Positions 39,233 through 54,215 of a stretch of 64,000 nucleotides of DNA are shown here, piece after piece. Source of the DNA: Octopus sinensis. Taxonomy: Eukaryota. Position numbers and translations under genes: made by a program. The stretch is from positions 5,332,001-5,396,000 of the forward strand of contig NC_043018.1 of the NCBI RefSeq assembly GCF_006345805.1. The letters are read 5' to 3'. Below the pieces are notes generated by a model. That model made no database searches. It saw only the letters and a list, made by a program, of their open reading frames with translations, and was not told the origin of the DNA. Positions within the stretch are counted from its first letter, which is position 1. Each line of letters begins with the position of its first letter.

Positions 39233-39515
39233 ATGAGTGACAACCTGGCCACTGGTGGTGGTGTAACACACCATACTAATCATATCTGTCGGGCATGTGG
39301 AAGAGAGTGTAATTCGGCAGGAGGACTTAAACGACATGCAAAGGTACATGAAGCCCAGTTACAACTACAGCCGGCTATTACCGGTAAAGGTTCTAGTTGC
39401 CAATTCTGTACAAGACATTGTAGATCTTTAGCTTGGCTAAAAAGTCACATTCGATCACAACACCAATAACAGTTAAGCTTCGTGCAATGGCCATACTCGA
39501 TAACGAGGGGGAAGC
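39233..39515 (+). mobile_element. LINE (RTE-like) 3' tail with two C2H2-like fingers
   Basis: CRACGRECNSAGGLKRHAKVH and [22 protein letters not shown], with no TGEKP linker; short tail into (TA)n. Confidence 0.55.
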
Positions 39516-39519
39516 CATA

Positions 39520-39579
<60 letters not shown>

Positions 39580-40029
39580 GCATTCATAGATGCGAACACT
39601 CACACACGTGCATATACACACATATATACATACATATATATATATATATTTTTATGTATATATGTGGATAGACATACATGTTTATGTAAATGTAAACCGA
39701 ATTTTTTGCGTACATTCCATATTCGTTTCTCGTTTCTTCCACGTTCCTTTATTGTGTAATCCTCTATGTTTATCTATTTTTTATAAGTTTTGAGGCTTTT
39801 GTTTAAACTATTTAATTTTGGAATTCCTTCATATCTTGCTCTGTGATTACTTCATTTATTCCCATGTTCAGTTTCCATTAATTCAGCCGTAACTCACAAA
39901 TTTTAATCACACAGACATACTGTTTTTCCTTTCTTTCTTTCTTTCTGTCGTATTGCCCCCTACTGGCCGGTCTTCCTTACTTCTTTATTCCCTTCTCTGT
40001 TTCCTTCATTCTTTCATTCTACACAGTAA

Positions 40030-40475
<446 letters not shown>

Positions 40476-40836
40476 AATTATGATCATACTATCACTGCAG
40501 TACTCTTCTTTAAATTGTAGTATATTTTATTACTTCAACGTATCTTGTTGCTGTTGTTGTTGTTGCTGTTAATTAACCCCTTGTTATTAATTAAACCTCT
40601 GTAACAAGGTATATCCGCTGTGTAAAACGCACTTACACGAACACATACACACACATATACACAAATACACGAAACGTAGCTGTGTGGTTAGAAGTCCGCT
40701 TCGCAACTACATGTATCCAGGTCCAGTCCCACTGCGTAGCTCCTTGCAAGGGTGTCTTCTACCATAGCCTCGGGCCCAGCGAGTAAATCTAATAGACGGA
40801 AACAGAAGCAAGACCATCCGCATGTGTGTGCGTGTA

Positions 40837-40867
<31 letters not shown>

Positions 40868-41477
40868 TAATGAATGTATGTATCTATATGCGTGTGTATT
40901 CTTGTTTGTGTGCGTGTAGTCTACCACTGCTTTTGAACCATTGGTGGTATGTTTACGTTCCTGTAACTTAACGATTTGGCAAAATCGAACGATAGAATAA
41001 GTAACAGGCTTCAAAATAGATATTTGGGTCGATTTCTTCGACTGAACCCCTCACTCCCCACCCCCCTTCAAGTCGTTTCCTGCAGCATCAGAGCAATCGA
41101 ACAACGGAAACAAGTAAAAGACAATCGACACACATACACACCAAACGACCCCTCCCCTTACAAGATTATATGAATTCCAAATTGCCGAAATATAGTTTCC
41201 TAGCCGCGTCATCCGGAAGAATAAATGCCAGGGGATGATTTGTCGCGATTATGGTAATATTTTTTGGTTTCCCGTGTTGTTCTTCTACAAGGGTCCCTTA
41301 ATCCTATTACCCGCACTTAGTTTGATCGCTCTGCCTTCAGTACTCGCCTGCTAAAGACTGGTACTCATGGGGTTCCGTAACCCAAGTTTGATCTTCATCA
41401 GTCCAGATTTCTTTTCAGTCTTACGAAATTCACGTGGCTCAGCTGGCAGTGTGCACCGGTGGCCGTGTCTTCAAGAC

Positions 41478-41512
<35 letters not shown>

Positions 41513-41527
41513 TGTATGTATGTATGT

Positions 41528-41565
<38 letters not shown>

Positions 41566-42209
41566 GGATAGATAAAACTTACTTGAAATGGATGCGTGGC
41601 GTTCGACCATATAACATTATATATATATATAATATATGTACATACCTGTATATATATATGTATATATATATGCATATAGGGGTATAGGACGTCAAAAAAC
41701 GTAGACAAAATGAAAAACGAGAACATAAAAAAACAAAAACATGGAAAGCGAACTTTTGTTTTTGAACAACAAAAGAAACAAATAGAGAAATGAGACAGGC
41801 AATATAAAGAACCATCCCTTCATCAGGTGTCCCCTGTTTTATCTACACCGCGTGACGAACGTTGGGACAAGAAGCGACTTCGTTAAAACAGTCGTTCCCG
41901 CAACAAATTAAATAAAACATGGGATTTGCGGAGGGTGAAAGTGGTAACAAAAACAGGACGGTAAGAACAAAACAGTAAAATCAAACGGTGATGGCTTTTA
42001 AGCCATCACGAGGTGAAGTGGTTAACGCTGGAGAAACGAGCTTTGACAGGAGACAAGCAAAAGTGTGTCTTGTCTCTTGTAAAGCAAGAGGTAGAAGGAC
42101 AGAGATGTTTTTTTATATTCTCGTTTTTCATTTTGTTCACGTTTTCTTGATGTCCTGTACCCATATATGCATGTATATATACATATATATGTAGATATGT
42201 AGATATATG

Positions 42210-42300
<91 letters not shown>

Positions 42301-42964
42301 TGTGTGTGTGTGTGTGTATGTGTTTGTGTGAATAAAAGATAGACAATTAGTTGTTTCTAGCCTCATAGCATTTATAAATACTTTGCGCAACTAAACGTAT
42401 AAATGTAATTAAACCGTAAACCGGACAATAGCCAGTGGCTGTCCTTCATAAATAGGTAGCTATCCAAAGATTTTGTAAATGTAAGTATATTTGACAAGAA
42501 AGAGAAAATATAAGGCATTTCTTTACAGTTGATTCAGAGATGCTGTGACAAATAGATGCAGTAATATGTATTATGTATGTACAATTCACTGAAAAGGTGT
42601 TAAATACATATGAAGCATGCCACCTCCAGGCTCTAATAATGTTGCCATCCATACCACCTTCAGAATGAATACATTTAGCAGTCGAAGATATTCTAGAAAT
42701 GCAAATATAAGGCCTCACATCAATAAACGGTGGAAACAAAAGCTGCCAGGTTGGCTGACTGACTGCACAATTGATGACGTAATACAGCCATGATCAAGGC
42801 GTTGGTCTTGCTTTTATCACTGCTCTTTTGCCTACCCTATTCCCTATCCGACTCCTTTTCTCTCCCCTTTGTTGAGGCAGGGCGTCATATATTTGTATAA
42901 GGAGAGTTTCTTCAACCGTTAGAGTTTAATACATTGTTAAACCATAAAATCTTAAACGATTTAC

Positions 42965-43240
42965 ACAGTGGTTCCCAACCTTTTTTTTTTTTGGCCTATG
43001 GACCCCGTGGATTCCTCCTTTACTCCCTTGAACCTCCATCGTCATCTGATGTATATAAAATCCTACTGTATTTTTATTATTAAATATTAGAAATTTTATA
43101 AAATGAAATTAGTATACTCTGTGTAACGTAGAAGAATAAGCAATTTATTACACATAATCTTTTAACAACAAAATCTTATACGGACCCCTAAAGTTCAAAT
43201 GTACCCCCAATGGTCATATGGACCTTGGCTGAGAGCCATT
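42965..43240. mobile_element. hAT-like MITE (related copy at ~51636-51845)
   Basis: CAGTGGTTCCCAACC left end and degenerate GG.TGAGAGCCA.TG right end, with GGACCCC internal repeats. Confidence 0.5.
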
Positions 43241-43385
43241 GCTTGACCAGAATGACGAATATCCAGTAATTTTGATATAAACTGTTAAGTCGTTGAGATT
43301 TTATGGGCTTCACGTGACATTTGGTATATCTATATTTATGTATATACGTCTATTTGTCCTCCTATCCCTGTCTCTGTCTCTCTTT

Positions 43386-43441
<56 letters not shown>

Positions 43442-46400
43442 CCCTTTTTCGGTCTGTATCCCTCTCTACCCACCTACGTTTGTCCACCTCTAACTGCAAG
43501 TTTGTCTCTTCCTTGGTAAATATGAAAACATGTCACTGATTAGATCATTTCAAATAATGGTGGGAAATTCTCCAGAGGGGTTTTCTGCATCAAGAGAAAA
43601 GAGTTAAGTGCATGCTTGCCATACTGAGCGAGTCTACTAAGCGAGGCGAGTCGAATATAATCATTATAAGTCGATTCAAATTATAAACGTAAAGTGAACA
43701 CAAAGGTAAGTAATGTCAAAGAAAATTACTTTTAAACTAGAAAGGAAGAGAACTACGAAAAGGTTATTCGTCTCCAATTTCCATCTTCTAAAGGCACAAA
43801 ACCTGAAATTTGGGAAGAAGAGACCCAGTCGATTACACCGAACCGTGTACCCAACTGGTACTTAGACTATTGATGAAAGGCAAAGTCAACCTCGAGGAAA
43901 ATCGAACTCAGAATGTAAAGAGTCGTAAGAAAAGCTGGTAAGCATTTTGTCCTGAATGTTAACGGTTCTGCCAGCACGCCTCCATATTTGGACAAAAAGT
44001 TAAATATAGGTAAGCAGGAAGAGTGTTTGATTTTTGGGGCAGACGTGCCCACAAGAATATGGACCATGATTGAAATATCAAGAAATATTTAGAAAACTCC
44101 ATAAAAATACTCATTCTTTTTCTTAACGCACAATATTTTAAAGGGATTATTTCTTCTGACGCCACCCTGCAGCCAATGAACGCATGAACAAAACACATAC
44201 AGTAAGTATTGGAACATCGATAATATTTATCTTGTTAATTGAAAAGGTATCCATCGATGTTTATGGATAGGCATATATCTATATTCTGTGTTGTGTGTAA
44301 GGGTGCGACCGTCAATGCGTCCCAGTAAATATGTTTCACAGTAATTTTTGTAATTTTTTAAATCTTTGTCTTGTGCTCTGGGATTCACCTGTTACAAAGG
44401 CGTATAAGTAAACGATATCATAACGCTTTCTAAGGCGGTGAGGAGCTGGCAGTAACGTTATCACACCGGGCGAAATGATTCGCGGTATTTCGTCTATCTT
44501 TACGTTCTGAGTTCAAATTCCGCCGAGGTCGAATTAACCTTTTATCCTTGCGGAGTTGATAAATTAAGTACAAGCTGCGTAGTGGGGTCGATCTAACCGA
44601 TTGGCCCCCTCCCGAAAAATTTCGAACTTTGTGCCTAGAGTAGAAAAGGATATCACAGCGTCTACTCGGAATGGACGGCGATCTGTTGATTCAAGACCAG
44701 AAATTTTGAAGTGGCGGAGGTGGAGTGAGTCACTTAAATCGACAACAACATTTGTCTGGTATTTTATTTTACCGACCTCGGATGGGTGAAAAGCAAAGTT
44801 GACTTCGGTGGTATTTGAACTCAGAACGTCAAGTTCCAAAGTATTATTAAGCATTTTGTCCGACGTCCTAACGATTCCACCACTTCACCGCCTCCCGTGT
44901 CTGTGGTCTCAGCTGTGTATAATTGTATGTACATCACTCTATGGCTGTAAAGGTTTTTAGCTGCGTGTAAAACAAGAAAACTACTGAACTTTGGTAACAA
45001 AATAAAACTCGAAATATTTACAAAAATTACAAAAACTCTCCAAGAATACAAATCATTAACGTAATTCAACGAAAATAGGAATTATTAACAAAACTGCTTA
45101 AAAAATATGAAACTTTTTACTGAAATGCTACAAAAATATGATTAAATTAACAAAAGTATTACTTTTAAAATTGCGGAAACTTAACAAAAAGCAGAAACGC
45201 ATATCTACAAAAGCAGAGATATTAAGAAAATGCTATGATAAATCCTTCCATGACACACAAGAACGCGAAGACAGGGAAAAAGAGATGGGAGTAGTTGTAG
45301 TAATTGTCGGTGTTGTTCGTGGTTGTGGTGGTGGTGGTGGTGACAGAGTATGGTGTTCGTGATGTTGATGGTAGTGTTGGTGATATTGCTGGAGGTCCTG
45401 GCGGAGTATGATGTTGGTGTTAATGGTGGTGGAGTGTGTTTGTGGTATAGCAGGATATGATGCTATTGATAGTGGTGGTGGTGGTGGTGGTGGTGCTGCT
45501 GCTGCTGCTGTTTGAATGTGCTGGTGTTGATGGTGGAGTGTGCTTGTGATGCTGGTGTTGGTGGTAGAGTGTGCCGGAGGTGGTGGTGGTGGTGGTGGTG
45601 GTGATGACAGTAGAGTGTGATGGTGTGGTTTTCTGGTGGGGATTGTTCTGGTGATGGAAGTGGGGGCGGGGAAGTGTGTTAATCGTTGTTTCTAAAAACG
45701 GTTGCCATGTATGAACAAATATTAACTTGAAATTTTGGCACAATGCCAGCAATTTCAGGGGAGAGGGTAAGTCGATTACATCGACCCTAGTGTCCAACTG
45801 GTACTTATTTCATCGATCTTAAAAGGATGAAAGGCAAAGTGAACTTCGACGGAATTTGAACTCAGAACACGAAGATGGACAACATACTGGTAAGCATTTC
45901 ATCCGACATGTTAACGATTCTGCCAGCTCACCGTCTGTCTAGGAATAAATATTCCTTTCAAGTTTTGGCAAAAGGACAGCGAATGTGGGGGAGGGCGTAT
46001 GACGATTACATCGACCCCAGTGCCCAACTGGTTCTTATTTTATCGATCCCGAAATGATGAAAGGCAAAGTCGACATCGGGGGAATTGGAACTCAGAACGT
46101 AAAGACAAACGAAATGCTTGCTCGGCGATGCTAAAGATTCTGTCATTTGGCCGGTTTTCTAAGAACAAATTCCGAGTCGCCAACACCAATATTTTTTTCA
46201 TTCCGACCAGCGCTAGAAAAACTCTAGAATTCCAAAAACAATGTGTACATATATACACACACTCACAAACACAATCATATGTACAGGTTTACACCTGAAC
46301 ACACCGAGGAAGCAGCCACAGTCACGTATGAATGGAGACAGACGTTCACGAAAGATATTGGAACGTGTCTAGGCAAACATTTGAAATTAGAAATCGGAGC

Positions 46401-46715
46401 CATTGAGGGACGATGCATGAAGTTTCTTCATTCGATGTGCTAGAAATAGAAAATAAACATAACTAAAATTGCACCCAGCCGTCTTGAGAGAAGGTTACAT
46501 CCGCTAATTGTAAATGTTGAAAGGAAACAAGACGCGACAACCACTGCTGGGCTGCTTTTTAACATTTGTCTACTCAGAAAAAAAAAAAAAAAACAGGCAC
46601 AGATGCACCTAGGTATATACAGATACAAACATATATATACACAAATACATTTACCTATATAGACATATATACACATGCACCCGCATATATGTATATATTC
46701 TTTTATTCTTTTATT

Positions 46716-47047
46716 GGAGCAACGCCTTTAGTCGGACAAATCGACCCCAGGACTTATTCTTTGTAAGCCTAGTACTATTCTATCGGTCTCTTTGCCCGAA
46801 CCGCTAAGTTACGGGGACATAAACACACTAACATCTGTTGTAAAGCGATGGTGGGGGACAAACACAGATGCATAAAGACACACACACACATATACGACGG
46901 GTTTCTTACAGTTTCCGTCTACCAAATCCAATCACAAGTCTTCTACTATAGCCCGAGGCTATAGTAGAAGAAACTTGCCCTGGGAGTCACGCAGTGTGAG
47001 TGAACTCGGAAACATATGGCTGGTAAGTATGATACTTACCACACAGC
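46716..47047 (-). mobile_element. SINE family A copy; other partial copies at ~29200-29515(-), 32330-32455(-), 37235-37470(-), 40670-41045(+), 53960-54175(-)
   Basis: Shared blocks GACCCCAGGACTTATT, GAACCGCTAAGTTACGG, ACTATAGCC.CGG. Confidence 0.75.
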
Positions 47048-47315
47048 AACACATACCACACGAAAGTAAACAAAAGACGAAGGCAGGTGGAGTACAAACA
47101 AACAATCGTATTTGTATGGCGCTCAGGAAAAAAAATAAAACAAGTCTTTTACGTTTCGAGCCTACGCTCTTCAACAGAAAGATACACAGAAAAGAAACAC
47201 GGAGAGAAACGAACGGGACAGTTTATACGAACAAGTTCAAGGTTGAAAGTTCAAGGTTAAAAATGTATAGACGTCGTGGTATATTTTAAGGATTTCACAT
47301 CAATAACAAAGTCAC

Positions 47316-47347
<32 letters not shown>

Positions 47348-47552
47348 GTATATATATATTTATACACATATATACACATGCATACATATATATGTAAATA
47401 CATATGTATATATTTACATATGTATAAATATATATACATATGTATATATGTATATACATATACATATTTATATATATATACATATATATTTATATATATA
47501 TACATATATATATACATACATATATATTTATATATATATATACATATATATT

Positions 47553-47600
<48 letters not shown>

Positions 47601-48081
47601 TGTGTGTCTGTGTGTGAGTGAGTATGTATATATTTAAGTATGTACGTATGTAGAAGTTTACGAACAAAAAGAATAATATATATAAGATCGTGCACAACTA
47701 AGGACACTGAAATACTCAAGGCGGTGCCCCAGCATGGCTGCAGTCTAATGACTGAAACAAAGCAATAGATACACATAGACGTATACACACGTTTATATAC
47801 ACATGCATGTACGTATATTCACACACATATATATTGAAAAATCCCAGTTTGCACTCCAATATGCAGCTATGAATATAGTAATAAAAACGTAAACAACTAA
47901 CACTATATAAATATACACACACACACACACACTGGCAGCACTCATATACACCATTACACACGTCTACACACATTCATTCAAATTTAGACTTACACGCATA
48001 CAAACGTTTACACAAACGTAATATGAAAGGCATTGGCATAAAACGACGTATATGTTGTGCGTGTATATACATGTATATATT

Positions 48082-48112
<31 letters not shown>

Positions 48113-49095
48113 GTATATATGTATATGTATGTATGTATGTATATATATATATATGTATGTATGTATGTATATATATATGTATGTATGTATGTATATATAT
48201 ATATATGTATGTATGTATGTATATATATATATATATGTATGTATGTATGTATGTATATACAAGCACAGCTTAGATACTTCAGAATCTCACATGCATACAC
48301 ACTATCACGTGTACACACACATGCATATGCACTTATACAAACGAACATGGAACACAAATAGGGACATAGATACACAGTAACAAACACAAATATATATATA
48401 TATATATACATATATACACACAGACCACGCGCGCACACACACACACACATACACTGAGCCACACAAGTGATAGGTAAGCATTTGCACATGCACACCTCCG
48501 CACAAGGTATATTTGTGACATATGTCTGAGCATGTCCCTAATTGATCCCGGTGTGTCAGTTAATAAGTGATATTCATCTTATAATTCCAGGTTCACACAA
48601 ATACACATTTTTCTCTCTTTCCCACTCTGCCTTTCTCTCGCTCTCTCTCCTTTCTCCTCTCACTCTCTCCCTCTCTGTCTACCTTTCTACATATCTAGCT
48701 ATCTATCCACCAATCTATCTATCTATCTTTCACATATACACACTTTCTCACTCTTGCTCTTTCTCTGCATATATATATATATATACGTATGTACATATGT
48801 GTGTGTGTGTGTGTGTGTGTATACGCACACACATTGAAATGTACTATAATCCACACGCACAAGCAAGAAGAGACACAAGCACAATCCCTCTCACTCATAC
48901 AAAACACACACACACACACACACATTCAGAAGTGAAAATGAAAGATGAATAATAAATAAGATAAAGTAATAACTACAACATCAACAACAGTAATCTTCAT
49001 AACAACAACAACAACAACAACAACAATAATAATAATAAACACAGATAACATTGATGATGATGACGAAGCGGATGGGGATGATGATGATAATAATA

Positions 49096-49162
<67 letters not shown>

Positions 49163-49287
49163 TAATAATGATGACGATGATGATAATAATAATGATAATA
49201 ATGATAATAATAATAATATATAATGATAATAATAATAATAATGATAATAATGATAATAATAATAATGATAATAATAATAATAATAAT

Positions 49288-49391
<104 letters not shown>

Positions 49392-49411
49392 TAATAATAA
49401 TAATGATGAGG

Positions 49412-49475
<64 letters not shown>

Positions 49476-49847
49476 TAATAATAATAATAATGATGATAAT
49501 AATAATAATAATGATGACGATGATGATAATAATAATGATAGCAATGACAAGCGAAAGTAATGAAGAAAATCGCCCGGATCAAAGAGTGTAGGAGAAGTAA
49601 TCTGAGAGGTTTAATCATTGGTTTAGGTATCTATTGAGCGGTGATAATTAAGCAAGCGGCAAGATAGTCCGGAGAGATTTCATAACAACCAAAAATAGAA
49701 AGTAACACCACCAACACCACCACCACCACCCACAACAACTACAACAGCAACAAGGACAACGACGATGACGACGTCAATAAACATTTTCTTCTTTCTTTTC
49801 TTCTCTTCCTTACTTCTTCCTCTTCTTTTTTCACAAAATTATTATTG

Positions 49848-49902
<55 letters not shown>

Positions 49903-50149
49903 TATTACTATTATTTTTGCTGTTGTTGTTGTTGTTAAGGCGGTGAGCTGGCAGAGTGGTTAAGCACGCTGGACGTAATGCGTAGCGGCGCTTCGACCGT
50001 CCTTACCTTCTTAGTTCTAGTTCCGCCGAGGTCAACTTTGCCTTCCATCCTTTCGGGGTCGATAAATTAAGTACTAGTGAAACACTGGGGTCAATGTAAT
50101 CGACTAGTCTCCTCCCCAAAATTGGAAACCTTGTGCCTATACTAAAATG

Positions 50150-50191
<42 letters not shown>

Positions 50192-50780
50192 GAGTGAGAG
50201 AGCAGTGCATGCCATCAAAGTGACACTGGGGTAAAATATACAAAGCCCAGTATACCCATCATGACTACCCGTCTGATAAGGGTACACCAGGCACATGCAT
50301 CACAACCATATGTGCGCGACATGGTGATCTCATATCAAGATAAACAGCACATGACCTTGCAGGTGGGGCCCAGTTAGAATTTTCTTCAGGTCGAGTAGCC
50401 CATCCTGCTCAAAAGGTCCCTGAATAAGGGTTGCTTTAGGATGTTGAACGAAACACCCATGTTTCCAGAGGTGAATTATTCAAACTGCAAAGAATCCCTC
50501 TCAACACATGGCTATGATGCTCCCCCACTACTTCTGCTCGTGATCAGAGATGCACATATCGTCAGCCACTAAGGGACATGCTCAACTGGTTAAGGTCAAA
50601 CAACTGACAAGCAAATCTGTGGTATTGAGCAGAATATTTGCTGTAGCCCATCTTTTATACCAAGACAAAACAATGTACATGATAACACTTCCAATCAGTT
50701 AAGATCAGAAGCCATGAGAGCCACTGCCTGGTACGGCATCAGGGCATTTATTATTATTATTATATTATTATTATTATTAT

Positions 50781-50815
<35 letters not shown>

Positions 50816-53493
50816 ATAGGGTGGTAGTAGTATTAGTGGTGGTGGTGGAAGTAGTAGTAGTGTTGATTGTAATGGTGGTGGTTGTGGTGGTGGTGGTAGT
50901 AGTAGTAATGGTGGTAATGATGATAGTAGTAGTGGTTGTGGTGGTGGTGGTAGTAATAGTGTTAATAGTAGTAGTGGTAGAAATATTCGTAGCGTTTGTA
51001 GTGTTAGTAGTAGTGGTGGTGGTGGTGTTGGTGTTGGTGGTATTAGTTTTCAATAATAATAATAACAATTGTTATTGACTTTGTTGTCGTTGCAAACATT
51101 GTTATTCATATCATCATTATCTACCACCAACCTAATCGTTGTTCTCCTATTTAGCATCTTCGTCGTCGCTTCATCATCATCAGCAGCAGCAGCATCATTA
51201 TGTGCTTCCGGTCCTTGCTGACGTCATCATCATCATTGTCATCGTCGTCGTCACCACCACCACCACCATCATCATCATCATAATCATCATCATGTTTGTT
51301 CTCCTGTTGTTCCTCGTCGACGCAGATGTCAGCATTATTCTCGGACCTAATCTCTCGAACGCAACGTTTGGTACAACAAACAAACGAGACGACTGGCTGA
51401 ATCATTCTGGATTCTTCTTTCCTCTTATGATCAATGTATGGAATAATCGGAACCACCTTCGATAAAAGCAAAAACAACAACAACAGCACACCAGACCTTG
51501 ATAATTTTCGTAACCTTTGGTAACACAACGGTGTTGAAGAGGAGGATCTTGACTTAGGATAGGGAATTCAGTTAATAATGATCCACATGCTATGATTGAC
51601 ACCTTTACAAGCTGACAAAATGTTTCTAGTCTGCAGATCTGTGGTTCTCAACCATTTTTTTACACCTTTAATTGCTATTTTACCCTTGTGGACCCACCTC
51701 GCCATTCAGGAGTTCTATAAAAAACTTGTTACAATATTTAATATATTGTAGAATTGTTACTAGTTTAGTGCATATATATTTCAACAGCAAAATTTTATGG
51801 GGACCCTAAAGGGTCATGTGGACCTCAGTTGACAACTACTGTTCCGGATGAAGAAGATGGGTAATAAAAGATGAAATAATACGTATGTAGAATTATTATT
51901 TGTGTGGAAAAGATATAAAATAATCTAGGAAATGATGTAGAATAATGAATGGTTAAATTCTCTGCGTGGAACATTAACGCGATTATATAAACGTTTGTAT
52001 GTGTTGTAGAGAAGATAAGTTAACAAAATTAAACAATGAAATCATTTTATTTTCTAGAAAAAGCTGGAGGATAAAAGATATCTATAAAATAAATAAATAT
52101 TTACAACAGCGCCGCTAAATAGTAAGACATCGCCCACGTCCAACGAAAGGGTAATGAGTAGCTGTAGGAATTATAAAAAATTAAAATGATTAAACTAATT
52201 AAAATAAAAAATCATTGGAATGTATAACTGAACTAGAGTGTGGTGGGTGCAAAACTTATGTGGCTAGATTACTTTCGGAGAATATGAACTGTGTTTATGA
52301 AAATGGATGTTGATCTTTAAAAAAAGAAAGGACTTAGCAGGTCAGGCGTTACCTTCGACTGACAAAACGTCAAAGAAATGTCAAGGTGAGTCGCTAAGAA
52401 ATTATTAGGAGGAACGAGTGAGTTAATTCATATTGTTGTACTCTAATATTATTCCATTGTCGTGTATAATTCCCTATAATTTAAATTTCGTTTATTCGGT
52501 GCCACATTTCTCTATTCTTCTGCGTTCATTCATTAGATGCTGCACTTCATGTCCTCCTTCATAGATTATTTCAGATTACTTTCAGTAAGAGACCCTATTT
52601 ATCTTCTATAGTCATGGTATATATTTACTCCTTTTTCGCATTAATATGAAAGCCGTCGGGAGGTGCAGTTCTGTCGAATTATTAAGAAGTGTGGCTTGCA
52701 ACCACAACGTCACAGTTTCCATTATTCTACATGGCACACTGAGGAAATTCAATTTTCTATAACCACAGATTGCCCCATATTCTGCGAGTGGAAATGAGAA
52801 GAATGAAACTATAGAATTCCACCGAATGGATTCTACACGGAATTCAAAAGGCGTAGCCTTGTCCGTTTTTTAAGCTTGATTTGCCTGAGAATTGCATTAA
52901 GAGTACCCGTACCTGCGTAACGCTCTGCTGCTTACACGTTAATTAATCTGCAGGTAATTCAATTAAGCGAACCACTGAATTTACGTCGTTGACTGACGGA
53001 GAACCATTTCCGCCCAAACCTTCCCATTTCCTTCTTTAGACATTCATTCTTATCTGTGATATATTAATATATTGCAGAAAACTAATATTGTTAGGAATTA
53101 TAGGTCGTTATTAAAAGAGAAATTGATTTAGCAAATATAACGTACCCAGCACTGTATTGAGTTTGGGGTCGTATTCAGTTTTGTTTCCGTTTAATAAAAC
53201 TCGTCAGCGAAACAAGAGATTCATACCTGCTCAATCATTAGACAAATTGTTACAGGTAAAAATTAAGCTGCCAATGATTTTCTCCAATGTAGCTTGCATG
53301 CTTCATTGCATAATTATGAAAAGCGAACTCAGAGAAACAACGCTGATGAGTCAATGGCATGCGTTTAAATCACTCCTGTACATTTTCAGATGCTACATCA
53401 ATTAATTTTCTCGTGTGTGACTTCAAATATTCGAGCCAAACGATGAGAAGGGTGATTCTTCTAAAAGGAACAACCATTTTGTTTTTGTTCTTA

Positions 53494-53793
53494 TCTTTAT
53501 ATATAAAAGAGAGGTTGTGTGCTGTCTAACCGGGTATCTTATAGTCGTGATTCATATCGAGCCCTTCTGGGTATTAGCGCGCGTCTACGATGAGTCTAAA
53601 AAAAAATTACCATCAATTTTTCCCGTTTTTAATGCATTTTTGGCATTATTAAATCTCAGAACGTAGAAAGCTACAGTAACCATCCCCCTTTGAGGTTAGC
53701 CATATTGAGATGGCTATTATACTTTACATCTCTAAAAATGCTTATATAGTTATTTCCCTTACAAACCCGAGCAACGCCGGGTGATACTGCTAG
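53494..53793 (+). mobile_element. 300-bp non-autonomous Helitron
   Basis: A|TC 5' end, CTAG|T 3' end, subterminal hairpin CCCGAGCAACGCCGGG 8 nt upstream of CTAG, no TSD. Confidence 0.75.
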
Positions 53794-53858
53794 TAGATTA
53801 TAAAAAAACAGTTCTTACAAAACCAATGCAAAAAGTGCTCGCATACACACACAATGGT

Positions 53859-53902
<44 letters not shown>

Positions 53903-54178
53903 GTAAAATATTGATGAAGATTGATAGATTTAGAGATATGTGCGGTACCTATCACACACACATATTCCCATTTACTTGTTTCACTCGTGAGACTGCGGCC
54001 ATGCTGGTGCACCGCCTTGAAGAAATTTCAGCTGAATGAATCGACCCCAGTACTTATTCTATCGGGCACTTCTGCCGAACCGCTAAGTTACACGGACGTA
54101 AACACATCAACACCGGTTGTCAAACGGTGATGGGGGACAAACACAGACACAAAGACACACACACACACACATATACAG

Positions 54179-54215
<37 letters not shown>

